DNA of 64,000 nucleotides from Nitrospirota bacterium. GTDB lineage: Bacteria > Nitrospirota > Thermodesulfovibrionia > Thermodesulfovibrionales > UBA6898. The notes beneath the pieces are model-generated. The model made no database searches, had not been told where the DNA came from, and saw nothing but the letters and a program-made list of their open reading frames with translations. The DNA is taken from assembly GCA_004321925.1 (NCBI GenBank), contig SCQH01000017.1:32276-96275 (forward strand), read 5' to 3'. Position 1 is the stretch's first letter, and every line of letters begins with the position of its first letter. The position numbers and the translations under genes are program-made. Positions 18,581 to 27,814 of the stretch are shown here, one piece after another.

Positions 18581-18871
18581 CTAGCTTGCCAAGGCGGAGA
18601 GTATGGTCGCGGAAAGCTTAAATGAGCCTTTTTCCTCTTCCTTGACCATCTTGTAGAAATCACACTCCATGCAGTTGCTGAGCTTGCTGCCAAAGCTTCC
18701 CTGTGTCCTGCCGCCGCATTTTGTGTGGGGGATGGTCCAGCAGGCCCTGCCCCCGTTTATTCCATCATGTATGCCGTGCAGTTTGGTTTCCTTACAGACA
18801 GGACAGGCATCATCCCCCAGCGCAGTTGTACATCTCTCGCAGGATTTCACTTCCCAGCAATTTTTTTTCAA
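18581..18871 (-). CDS. 96-aa nine-cysteine protein with two CW motifs (resembles what I recall as the 'two-CW' domain), copy 1
   Basis: 'MKKNCWEVKSCERC...ACPVCKETKLHGIHDGINGGRACWTIPHTKCGG...CMECDFYKMVKEEEKGS'. It has its own terminator and is divergent from the PhnD-like gene. Confidence 0.75.
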   Translation of the reverse strand: MKKNCWEVKSCERCTTALGDDACPVCKETKLHGIHDGINGGRACWTIPHTKCGGRTQGSFGSKLSNCMECDFYKMVKEEEKGSFKLSATILSALAS

Positions 18872-19077
18872 GACCTGATCTCTCCCATAGCGTATTTGAG
18901 TACCAACGAAAACTTCGTTGCAGATATATGCGCTTTTATTATAAGTGAATCACTTTTCCCGGGGCAAATGAATTAATCTTATTATATCATATATTTTCTT
19001 TATATAATGCTTTCCCCTGGCCTATGAGTTTGTGATGTCTGAATATGCAGGGTCCTGGCTTTAAGCGTCAGACATTT

Positions 19078-19106
19078 TTGACAAGGAGCAGAATCTCTGA
19101 TATGTT
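19078..19106 (+). promoter_or_regulatory. Candidate sigma-70 promoter for the PhnD-like gene
   Basis: TTGACA (19078..19083), a 17-nt spacer, then TATGTT (19101..19106), about 65 nt upstream of the start codon. Confidence 0.3.
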
Positions 19107-19171
19107 GTAACTATACGTATCATGCGGCATCAACAAAATAATCCAAAGTCTGACATATGCAAGGAGGAAGT

Positions 19172-20035
19172 ATGATGGACTCAAGGATACAACAGTTTAC
19201 GGTTGCGATTCTGTTCGTAACCGCGATATTCGGCATAGGACCCGATCTGGCGTCTGCTGAGGTCAGGTTCGGTTTACTGCCCCGTCTGACCGCAGTCGAG
19301 ATGTTTGCAATGTTCAAACCCCTTGAGGAGTATCTCACCAAGGAGGTAGGAGAAAAGGTGAACATCGTAACGGCGAAAGATTTTGCCGCCTATAAAGAGA
19401 TGGTGACATCCGGGCAGGTCGATATCGGATTTGCAAATCCGCTTATCTATGTTGAGCTGAAAAAAAACATGGACCTGCTGCCCCTTGCGTTGGCATCGGA
19501 ATTGAAAGCGGGTACCAAATTCCGCGGGATCATCATTGCGAGGAAGGACAGCCCCATCAACAGCCTGCAGGACCTGAAGGGTAAAAAGCTGATATTTGTT
19601 GATAAGGATTCTGCTGCAGGGTATATCTTTCAGGTCCTCCTGCTCAGCAAAGCCGGAATGGATGTCCATAAAGATTTTGTTACCCTGCCCTTCGCAAAGA
19701 AACATGACAATGTCACTATTGCCGTGGTCAATGGCACAGCCGATGCCGGCGGCATTCGTGAGGATGACCTCGAGAAGATGAAGGGGAAGGTCGATATTTC
19801 GAAAATAAAGATAGTCGGCCATACCGAATATTTCCCTAATTGGCCTGTTTTTGCAACTCCCCGGCTGAACAGGGACACGGCGATGAAGATACAGGCAGCC
19901 CTGCTCAAGCTGAAGCCCAAGGACCCGCAGTCCGAAAAGATCCTGGGGAGCGCCAAGCTTGACGGTTTTACGACGGTAAGAGATAAAGACTATGATGAAC
20001 TGCGGAAGGCTGCAAAACTGGTGGGTGCGTATTAG
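19172..20035 (+). CDS. Periplasmic PhnD-family (phosphonate/oxyanion-type) substrate-binding protein with no adjacent ABC components
   Basis: AGGAGG at 19162..19167 favours the ATG at 19172 or 19175. Signal peptide '...VAILFVTAIFGIGPDLASA'. 'VRFGLLPRLTAVEMFAMFKPLEEYL', 'GQVDIGFANP', 'LKGKKLIFVDKDSAAGY'. Confidence 0.8.
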   Translation: MMDSRIQQFTVAILFVTAIFGIGPDLASAEVRFGLLPRLTAVEMFAMFKPLEEYLTKEVGEKVNIVTAKDFAAYKEMVTSGQVDIGFANPLIYVELKKNMDLLPLALASELKAGTKFRGIIIARKDSPINSLQDLKGKKLIFVDKDSAAGYIFQVLLLSKAGMDVHKDFVTLPFAKKHDNVTIAVVNGTADAGGIREDDLEKMKGKVDISKIKIVGHTEYFPNWPVFATPRLNRDTAMKIQAALLKLKPKDPQSEKILGSAKLDGFTTVRDKDYDELRKAAKLVGAY

Positions 20036-20069
20036 GGCCCGGAAAAGACCACTGCAGGAGTGATGGACC

Positions 20070-20291
20070 TTGAAACGGTTGTCCGAAGATGAGCTGAGAA
20101 AAGCCCCGGACTATGCAGAGCTGAAATGGTATAACGGCATCCCGGTGATCGTCAGCGCGCTAGGGGAGACCTGGAAGAGGGTGGCGGCTACGGAGGAGTA
20201 CTCGCCCTACTTCGTCGTTTCTGATGACGACGACGGGGATGATTTCTACGGCACCTATTCTGACGCTGAATCGATCGAGCCGAGCGAGTGA
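20070..20291 (+). CDS. Small acidic hypothetical protein (73 aa)
   Basis: TTG start 9 nt after GGAG. The C-terminal half is acidic ('VVSDDDDGDDFYGTYSDAESIEPSE'). No motif, so support is weak. Confidence 0.3.
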   Translation: MKRLSEDELRKAPDYAELKWYNGIPVIVSALGETWKRVAATEEYSPYFVVSDDDDGDDFYGTYSDAESIEPSE

Positions 20292-20299
20292 CGCGCTGC

Positions 20300-20587
20300 C
20301 TATTCAGTGTTCTTCGTGATCAGTCGTGTGCCGGCGATATAATAATTGCCGAGATTCCTGATCCATAGGACAACGCCGTGGCTGGACTCGCGGACCTGGT
20401 GTTTGAATTCAAGTACATATCCCGTTTTGAGCGGATACCGAGTGATAAGGCAGAGGCCGTTCCTAGATATGTTGATGGCCTTCCCTGTCAGGTCAAGAAA
20501 CTTCAGTCTCCCGTCTTTCAACACAACCACGGTATAGCTGATAAGGGCATGGAAGGGTTTTCTGTCAGAACTTCTGTCAGAAGCCAC
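20300..20587 (-). CDS. PilZ-domain-like small protein
   Basis: 'DRKPFHALISYTVV...GKAINISRNGLCLITRYPLKTGYVLEF' resembles the R/K...(D/N).S.GG PilZ pattern, although the N-terminal RxxxR motif is not clear. Confidence 0.5.
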   Translation of the reverse strand: MASDRSSDRKPFHALISYTVVVLKDGRLKFLDLTGKAINISRNGLCLITRYPLKTGYVLEFKHQVRESSHGVVLWIRNLGNYYIAGTRLITKNTE

Positions 20588-20858
20588 AGCACCTCCTGCA
20601 TTTTCTGTTTTGCTATCCCTGAAGAAAAATGATCAAGAACAGATCGGCTTAGTATCAGTATAAGCCCGGCTGCCGCCTGAGTCCACTTAAATATAGTTAA
20701 TGAAATCCGGCATGAACAGCCTCTAACCATCGTGCATTATTCATGGCGGTACATCCTGCCGCAACAATGATACCCGCCGTTTTTCCTGCCTGCATTTTTT
20801 GATTGTACCTCATATTTTATAACTGCTATGATAACACCATGTCTCAGGGCTATCTTCC

Positions 20859-23723
20859 ATGAGTTTTAAGAAAAGTCTGGAATTCAAAGTGCTCAGCGTC
20901 GTGGGGACGATACTCGTTGCCGGTGTTATTATCGCCTCTGTCATGTCTGTTTCGATCCAGAAAGAAACCCTCTACCGCGTCACCGAATTCAGCACGGAAA
21001 AGACGGCGGACGTCATCTTTCAGAACATAGAGACGACCATGATCGATGGCAAGGCCGATATCACAAAGAAGATCGTCGATAAGCTCAGCCGGATCAGGGG
21101 CATCGAGGAGATAACCGTTCTCAACGACGAGGGGCGCGAGGCATTTAAGCAGGACGCACCTGCCCGCGAAACCGCTGCCATGGCCGAACTGAAGTCCGGG
21201 AAGGAGCGGCTGGTCACGAGGGAAGGGGTCCGGCTGACCATGTATATGCCTTTGAAGAATACAGAGTCCTGTTTCTCCTGTCATGGGCAGGAAAAAAAGG
21301 TGCTTGGGGCGGTAAAGGTCGCCGTCACCATTGAGAAGGAATACCGGAAGGCGATGTCCCTTATAGCTCTGGTCATTGCCATCACGATCATCGCATCACT
21401 TGGCTTCAGTCTCCTGCTCTGGATCATGCTCAGAAAGATGGTCATCTCCCCGGTCAAATCCATCGCTGCCGCCGCTGCCACCATCGCTGAAGGTGACCTC
21501 TCCTTTAATGTGACAGCTCAGGGAGACGATGAAATAGGAAGGCTCAGCTCAGACCTTAAGGAGTCTTTTTCGGCCCTGGAGACCGTCCTCCAGCGGATCA
21601 AGGAGCTCTCTGCCAGGATCATGACGGTAGTGGAAGAGGTGGAACAGGAGGCGGTCAGGGTCATGAAGGGGGCCGAGGCCGAGGCCGAGGCTACCAGCAA
21701 CATATCGAGTTCCGTTGCTGAGCTCACTGTGACCACGACCGAGATCGCATTCAACACAGACGACCTGGCCGCTTCGGCGGGGAATGCCTCAGCCTCGATT
21801 GACGAGATGGTTTCGAGCATCAGGCATATCAACGAGAGCATTCAGGAACTCGACGGGATCGTGGATTCGACATCCGCTTCCATAGGACAGCTTTCCTCAA
21901 CGATCAAAGAGGTTGCGGACAGTTCGGCAGAACTTTCCGTCGCCTCGGATGAGACCCTTGCCGCGATCAGTGAAATAGCAGCCGCGATAAGGGAGGTCGA
22001 AGCCAGCGCAAAGGATTCCGCGGCCCTGTCTGAACAGGTGGCAAGCGACGCCTCGACCCTGGGCATGGCCTCGATCGCCAAGACCGTTGAAGGAATGAAA
22101 GAGATTGAGTCGTCCGTTCAGAACACGGCCCAGTGCATAAGCGCGCTGGGAAACAGGTCCAAGGAGATCGAGAAGATACTGGGTGTCATCCAATCGGTGA
22201 ACGATGAGACTGGCCTGCTCTCCCTCAATGCCGCAATACTGGCGTCCAAGGCCGGGGAGCACGGCAGGGGGTTCGCTATTGTCGCCTCGGAGATGAAGGA
22301 CCTCTCGCAGAGGACGGAAACTTCCACGGGGGATATAGCGGCCCTTATCCGGGCGGTCCAGAATGAGGTGGTAAACGCTGAACGTGCTATGAACAAAGGC
22401 GTCCGTGCTGTTGAAACGGGCCTTGTGCTGACGCAGGAGGCCTACGAGGCATTGAGCAACGTCCTTGGCAGTTCCCGGAAAGCCTCTGAGATGACCCTCT
22501 CGATAAAACGCTCAACGACGGAGCAGGCGAAGGCCGCCGGACAGGTGATGGAGGCTACTGAGCGCGTGAAGAAGATGATAGAGACCATTGCCGGCGCTAC
22601 CCGGGATCAGGCGAAGGGCATCGAGGTCATCTCTGCGGCGGCTGAGAGGATGAAAAAACTCTCCTTTGAGGTGAGCAAGGCAACAGCAGAGCAGGCGACA
22701 AGCAGCGGGCAGATCGCTGAGGCAACTGAAACCGTCTCGGAGAAGAGCCGCCAGATATCAAGGTCCCTGAGTGAGCAGAAGACGGGCGCCGACAGCATTC
22801 TGACCAGCATCGAGGAGGTCAAGGACATACCCGTCGCAAACAAGAACCTGGCCTCAAGGATAAGCGCCACGATATGGAACCTCCAGAAAGATGCAGTGCT
22901 TCTTAAGGCCGAGTTGGAGCGGTTCAGGTTCTCTGAAAAGGGCAGTCAGTCGCTGCGGCTCGGGGTGGTTCCCCTGCAGGACCCCTCTGTCATGTTCAGG
23001 AAATTCAGCCCTCTGGCCAAATACCTCAGCGGGAAAATAGGGAAAAAGGTGGACCTCAGGGTCGCCATTGATATGGAAAGCGCGGAGAAAGACCTGGGGG
23101 AGAACACGACTCAGTTCTGCGCCATGGGCCCGGCAAACTATGTGAATGCCAACCTGAAATACGGGGTCAGGGTGGTTGCAAGGGCCTTGCGAAAAGGCAA
23201 GCCCTTCCACCGCGCCGCTATCGTTGCAAAGGAAGACTCCGGACTGCAGACCCTCAAGGACCTGAAGGGCAAGACCTTTGCCTTTATGAAGAAGGGTTCC
23301 GCAACCGGGCATATCATGCCGCTGGCTTCGCTCAAAGAGGCAGGGATCGGCATGGGCGACCTCAGCCGCCACGCATTCCTCGGGGCCAATGAGAAGATCA
23401 TCTCAGCGATCCTCTCCGGTCAGTTTGATGCCGGGGCACTGACCGAGGAAGCCGCAGTGGACTGCGCAGGGAAAGGGCTGACGGTCCTCAGGTTCTCTGC
23501 CGAAATACCGGAGTTCAATATCTGCTGCAATTCCTCTCTCGATGCCGGGACCGTTGACGCGATCAGGGACGCCCTGCTGTCCCTCGACCTCAGCAGAAAG
23601 GAAGACTCCGAGGTCCTGCTGTCGCTGGGAAGGGATTGTACCGGGTTTGTCAGGGCCGCTGAAAGTGACTACGTTGACTTCAGGAGGATACTGATGAGCA
23701 TTGATGCGGAGCACGGATCGTAG
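20859..23723 (+). CDS. MCP-like transducer, paralogue of 13495..16428, with a CxxCH motif in the extracytoplasmic sensor segment and a C-terminal PhnD-type domain
   Basis: TM 'VLSVVGTILVAGVIIASVMSV' and 'LIALVIAITIIASLGFSLLLWIML'. 'CFSCH' at 21270..21284. HAMP '...IAEGDLSF'. Hairpin tip '[37 protein letters not shown]'. From 22953, '[25 protein letters not shown]...GPANYVNA...GSATGHIMP...PEFNICCN'. Confidence 0.85.
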   Translation: MSFKKSLEFKVLSVVGTILVAGVIIASVMSVSIQKETLYRVTEFSTEKTADVIFQNIETTMIDGKADITKKIVDKLSRIRGIEEITVLNDEGREAFKQDAPARETAAMAELKSGKERLVTREGVRLTMYMPLKNTESCFSCHGQEKKVLGAVKVAVTIEKEYRKAMSLIALVIAITIIASLGFSLLLWIMLRKMVISPVKSIAAAAATIAEGDLSFNVTAQGDDEIGRLSSDLKESFSALETVLQRIKELSARIMTVVEEVEQEAVRVMKGAEAEAEATSNISSSVAELTVTTTEIAFNTDDLAASAGNASASIDEMVSSIRHINESIQELDGIVDSTSASIGQLSSTIKEVADSSAELSVASDETLAAISEIAAAIREVEASAKDSAALSEQVASDASTLGMASIAKTVEGMKEIESSVQNTAQCISALGNRSKEIEKILGVIQSVNDETGLLSLNAAILASKAGEHGRGFAIVASEMKDLSQRTETSTGDIAALIRAVQNEVVNAERAMNKGVRAVETGLVLTQEAYEALSNVLGSSRKASEMTLSIKRSTTEQAKAAGQVMEATERVKKMIETIAGATRDQAKGIEVISAAAERMKKLSFEVSKATAEQATSSGQIAEATETVSEKSRQISRSLSEQKTGADSILTSIEEVKDIPVANKNLASRISATIWNLQKDAVLLKAELERFRFSEKGSQSLRLGVVPLQDPSVMFRKFSPLAKYLSGKIGKKVDLRVAIDMESAEKDLGENTTQFCAMGPANYVNANLKYGVRVVARALRKGKPFHRAAIVAKEDSGLQTLKDLKGKTFAFMKKGSATGHIMPLASLKEAGIGMGDLSRHAFLGANEKIISAILSGQFDAGALTEEAAVDCAGKGLTVLRFSAEIPEFNICCNSSLDAGTVDAIRDALLSLDLSRKEDSEVLLSLGRDCTGFVRAAESDYVDFRRILMSIDAEHGS

Positions 23724-23743
23724 CTATTGCCGTGCCCCAGGAT

Positions 23744-24538
23744 TCAGCCCCGAGGTCCCCGCGGTTCTCCTGTCAGCTCCTCCACGAACCTTTCCAGGAG
23801 ATAGGCAAGGTATTCTATGTCTATATGATCTTCCGCGCCGCTGTCGAACAATATCCTGCAATCAGGGGCAAATTCATCATCGGCCTGCCAGCATGAAAGA
23901 TAAAGCGGAACGCGGGGAAGAAGGTCAAAACAGGCGGTATAATCAGCCCGGGTCCTGCCTTCAATAGCGGTCCCTCCCATCTCAGCACAGCGCAGCATGA
24001 GCCGTTCAAGGTCGTTCCCGAAGGTCTCCGTGATCTTCTTCTCCGCACTGGCCTGGAAGGCCTTGACGTGGGAGGCGGTGTGCGGGAAATTGCCGAGGCT
24101 GCACCATTCACCCGTTAGCGGCTTTCTCCCCTGCCTGCGGACATAGTCGTAGATAATGATCTTTGTCCATGCATCACGGCAGTATGTATTATCCAGGAAC
24201 AGACCGTCCTTACGCATCTCGTAATGCCGGGTAAGCATTGTCAGTTTTATGACCTCTCTGCCGTCACGGGAGAGGTATTCGCCCCCCACGGCCTCTGCAG
24301 CCCCTCTGAATTCTATCTTTACCGCTTCTCTTTCAAGGTCATTGCTCACCTGCCCGTAACTGCTGAAGGCCGATGCCGTCTGCTGAGATTCGGCTTCTCC
24401 GGAGGTTTCGCTTTCTGCAAAAGGGCAATCTTCCAGACGTGCCAGTGATTTTTTCACCTTCAGGGCAAAGGCCATGCAGGTTGCCTCTCCGCACCTGCCG
24501 CAGTTCGTACCCGGAAGTTTCCTGTATATGGTCAACAT
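23744..24538 (-). CDS. Fe-S protein with a corrinoid-Fe-S-protein-like N-terminal cluster motif, followed by a DUF3786-like region
   Basis: 'LPGTNCGRCGEATCMAFALKVKKSLARLEDCP' gives C-x2-C-x4-C-x16-C, as in the N-terminus of CODH/ACS gamma (CFeSP large subunit). Confidence 0.6.
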   Translation of the reverse strand: MLTIYRKLPGTNCGRCGEATCMAFALKVKKSLARLEDCPFAESETSGEAESQQTASAFSSYGQVSNDLEREAVKIEFRGAAEAVGGEYLSRDGREVIKLTMLTRHYEMRKDGLFLDNTYCRDAWTKIIIYDYVRRQGRKPLTGEWCSLGNFPHTASHVKAFQASAEKKITETFGNDLERLMLRCAEMGGTAIEGRTRADYTACFDLLPRVPLYLSCWQADDEFAPDCRILFDSGAEDHIDIEYLAYLLERFVEELTGEPRGPRG

Positions 24539-24551
24539 CCGAGAACCCGTG

Positions 24552-25694
24552 TCACGAAAACCTGTCCCTGATCAGCGTCATCGGTCTTTCATAAGACTTG
24601 TAAAGAGCTGTTGAACAGAGAATCGAAAGGATCCAGAACAGGAGATAATGGATATGATAAGTGCCCATTACCGGGGGGGTCATCCAGAGAAACATGAGTA
24701 TGGTCGAGTTGTGGAGAAGATAGGCAGAGTACGAGATGATGCTCAGATGGGAGACAGCACTGGCGAGAGGTCCCGGACGTCCTTTTTTTACATTATTAAC
24801 TGCAGGCAGCAGGCAGGCCATCCCGAAGCTATTGAATGAGTAGAGGAAAGTCTTTGTAAAGAAGTCCTTTTTGTCCTCAATGATGTTGCCGACAAGATAG
24901 CCTGAACATAATACTATCAGCACCGTGCCCAAATAAAACAGGGGCCGCCGATATCTCTCTTCAAGGGAGCGATAGTAGTAGTAAACATAGGCGAACAATA
25001 CTCCGTACATAATTGAATCTATTCTGAACATCACGATCCCGCCGAGATTCGAAATCTCAGGCAGGTTGGCCAGACTGGCAGCGACCCTTAAGAATAAGCC
25101 TGCAGCAAGATAAAACAGAATTACCACCAGGAAGGTGACCCGCTTGCTGAGTTGCCTCGGGAGAAGCCAGCTGCATGCAATAATGCTGACCGGGAGCAGA
25201 AGATAAAACCATTCCTCAACCGCCAGTGTCCAGGCCTCATAAAAAAAAGGGGGGTGGTCCATAAAGAGATTCTGGCTGAAGATAAGAAATCTGGAGTAAG
25301 ATTGCGGGATACTCCCGTTCAGGACATAAAGAAGTACAAATTGACTGGCCAGTATCAGATAGTAGTTGGGGAGAGTTCTGAACCATCTCCTGATCCAGAA
25401 GGACTTCGCAGTGGCCAGAGTAAAACCGCTCTTCGAGTCCATTGTCCTTATGATGATCTGGCCGACCAGAAACCCGCTTAATACAAAAAACAATTCTACT
25501 CCGAGAAACCCCAGAAGATGAAAGAGTACCTTCGAGAGTGCCTTCGGCAGAGAAGGGAGCAGCACAAGGCTGTGGGCAAAAAGGACGAGAAAAATGGCCA
25601 GGGCCCTGAGCATGTCAAGCCCGAAGATCCTCTTTGAATAATCGACCTTAATTGAGAAAATATTCTGTATGCTGTTGCCCCTTAACATAACCAC
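24552..25694 (-). CDS. Membrane acyltransferase, family 3 (O-acyltransferase)
   Basis: 'FGLDMLRALAIFLVLFAHS' and about 10 hydrophobic segments throughout. Confidence 0.8.
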   Translation of the reverse strand: MVMLRGNSIQNIFSIKVDYSKRIFGLDMLRALAIFLVLFAHSLVLLPSLPKALSKVLFHLLGFLGVELFFVLSGFLVGQIIIRTMDSKSGFTLATAKSFWIRRWFRTLPNYYLILASQFVLLYVLNGSIPQSYSRFLIFSQNLFMDHPPFFYEAWTLAVEEWFYLLLPVSIIACSWLLPRQLSKRVTFLVVILFYLAAGLFLRVAASLANLPEISNLGGIVMFRIDSIMYGVLFAYVYYYYRSLEERYRRPLFYLGTVLIVLCSGYLVGNIIEDKKDFFTKTFLYSFNSFGMACLLPAVNNVKKGRPGPLASAVSHLSIISYSAYLLHNSTILMFLWMTPPVMGTYHIHYLLFWILSILCSTALYKSYERPMTLIRDRFS

Positions 25695-25728
25695 GGGATA
25701 GATTCCGAATTTATAATAAAATAGCCTG

Positions 25729-26361
25729 CTATCTCAACCCCGGCAGGAGCACGGTCAGTCCGCCGGTGATGAACTCGACGGCAATGGCTGCCAGCAGCAG
25801 GCCCATCAGGCGGGTTGCGATATTGATCGACGTTTTGCTCATGACGCTTCTCAGAGGACTGGCGATGCTGAGGGAGACCCAGGTCAGTGCAGCCACCAGG
25901 GCGCTGCTGATAATGAGCAGGGTAAGATGCAGAACATGGGGCGACGCGTCCGCATATATGATTATGGTCGATATGGCACCCGGTCCTGCCAGCAGCGGCA
26001 TGGCGATCGGGACCACGGCGATACTTCCCTTCTCTTCTGCCTCAGCCTCCTCTTCGGGGGTCTGCTTTGTCTGCGCGTATTTTGCCTGCATCATCGAGAT
26101 CGCCATGAGCAGAAGCAGAATGCCCCCTCCTACCTTGAATGAGGCGATACTGATACCGAAAAAATCAAGCAGCGGCTTGCCGAGCAGCGCGGCCACGGTC
26201 AGGATCACGACGACAGTCATGCTTGCGGTGTTGATGACGCGTTTGCGGTCCCCTGACGCCATAGAGCCTGTCATGCTGATAAAGATCGGGATCGCCCCGA
26301 GAGGGTTCACGATCGCAAGAAGCGTGGTGAATATTTTGACGTAGGCTGTCCATTCAAGCAT
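25729..26361 (-). CDS. MarC-family (UPF0056) integral membrane protein
   Basis: 'FTTLLAIVNPLGAIPIFISMT' and 'IAVVPIAMPLLAGPGAISTIII' are typical of the MarC family. Confidence 0.85.
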   Translation of the reverse strand: MLEWTAYVKIFTTLLAIVNPLGAIPIFISMTGSMASGDRKRVINTASMTVVVILTVAALLGKPLLDFFGISIASFKVGGGILLLLMAISMMQAKYAQTKQTPEEEAEAEEKGSIAVVPIAMPLLAGPGAISTIIIYADASPHVLHLTLLIISSALVAALTWVSLSIASPLRSVMSKTSINIATRLMGLLLAAIAVEFITGGLTVLLPGLR

Positions 26362-26583
26362 GGCTATGCCTTGGTGTCAGTCTGATAATTGTTGCCTGAC
26401 TGAAGAGATATGACCTGCATGTTTTATACTCACATATGTGCTGCGGAATTACAAGAGCAGGTTGATCGTGCCGGCTTCAGACCGAAAGAAGGACCAAGAG
26501 AGGCCCTATCTCATCCAAGACGAGAAGTGCTGAAATAACAATTGTAAAAGGTGTAGTCCTGACCTTTGGTCTTTGTCGAGCGG

Positions 26584-27492
26584 TTATTTTTTCTTAAGAT
26601 TGTAGGTTTTCAGGTTAATGCCGGCTTTTTTTGCCAACTCAAAGACATTTTTATAGTCTTCATGCACGTCTGCAGCAGCATATCCTGTTATATCCAGGTT
26701 CTTCAGAATGGCCCTGCCTTCGGTGTCCCCATGCATTTCAAGCAGGGTCTTCCTGACAGCGCTCCGGATATCAGGGGGTACGGACTTTCCCAGAAACAGG
26801 CCGTGAGAAGGGAATTCCGGAGATTCATCAATAATTTTCAGTTCTTTCTCGATACGCGGATTGGCAGCTTGCAATGAAGAATAAACCGTGCTCTTTGCCA
26901 CCCCGACATCGACCCGCCCGTTAAGCACTGCAATAATTGCAGCATCATGGCTGCCGGCAAAATAGTGCTCGCTGAAAAATGTGGAGATATTGGTTATTCC
27001 ATGACGTCCGAGATAGGCCAGCGGGTAAATATATCCGCAGGAAGACCCTTTATCAATGAAAACCATGGACTTTCCCTTCATGTCGGCCGCATTATTGATC
27101 CTGCTGTCCTTTCTCACAAAGATATGCCCGTGATAGGTAGTCTTCCCCCCGATGGAAATAGACCGCACCAGTGCTTCGGCGCCAAGCCTTTCATGGGCAA
27201 CGGCACCTGACAGGGATCCAAAAAAGGCACCGTCGATGCCTCCTGACAGCATAGTGTTTATAACACTGCCGTAATCGCTCAGGACCAATATGCTGACCTT
27301 TATGCCGGTCTTGCTGTTTATATAGTGAGCCAATGCATTATATTTCTGATTTTGCCTGAAGATATTTTGCTCGGGGATAATACCGATCCGAAGCTCGGAG
27401 GCCTTAATCTCAGGATATGAAAAAGCAGGATTGCAAAGACTTGAAGCTATGAATAGAACAGCAATTATGAACGTGCGCCGGAGCAATGACAT
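26584..27492 (-). CDS. Periplasmic PhnD-family substrate-binding protein, second orphan copy
   Basis: Signal peptide 'MSLLRRTFIIAVLFIASSLCNPAFS'. 'LRIGIIPEQNIFRQNQKYNALAHYI', 'GGIDGAFFGS', 'MKGKSMVFIDKGSSCGYIYP'. No permease or ATPase gene is nearby. Confidence 0.8.
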   Translation of the reverse strand: MSLLRRTFIIAVLFIASSLCNPAFSYPEIKASELRIGIIPEQNIFRQNQKYNALAHYINSKTGIKVSILVLSDYGSVINTMLSGGIDGAFFGSLSGAVAHERLGAEALVRSISIGGKTTYHGHIFVRKDSRINNAADMKGKSMVFIDKGSSCGYIYPLAYLGRHGITNISTFFSEHYFAGSHDAAIIAVLNGRVDVGVAKSTVYSSLQAANPRIEKELKIIDESPEFPSHGLFLGKSVPPDIRSAVRKTLLEMHGDTEGRAILKNLDITGYAAADVHEDYKNVFELAKKAGINLKTYNLKKK

Positions 27493-27814
27493 TTATTATC
27501 CTTAACTGATACGCGGATTGTGCAGAGCAACATTTACGTCTTCTTCATGGTGTGCTCTTCGGTTTGTCAAGTGTATTTATTATATGCAGCTCTATATAAA
27601 TTATAATACACGGAAGCCGAGGATTTGTACAGACGTATGTTTTGGCGGGAAGCGATTTTTAAAAAAAAGAATTGCTGTGGCGAAATTGAAGCATCCATGG
27701 ATCATCTCCCCGTAAAGGGGGGGGCAAAGTTAAGCTGGGCTCCGGCCCGGCAGGACAAGCACTGGGCCGGAGGATTCCTTGAGGAATCCTGTCCCGGCGA
27801 CCTGGGTCACAAGG

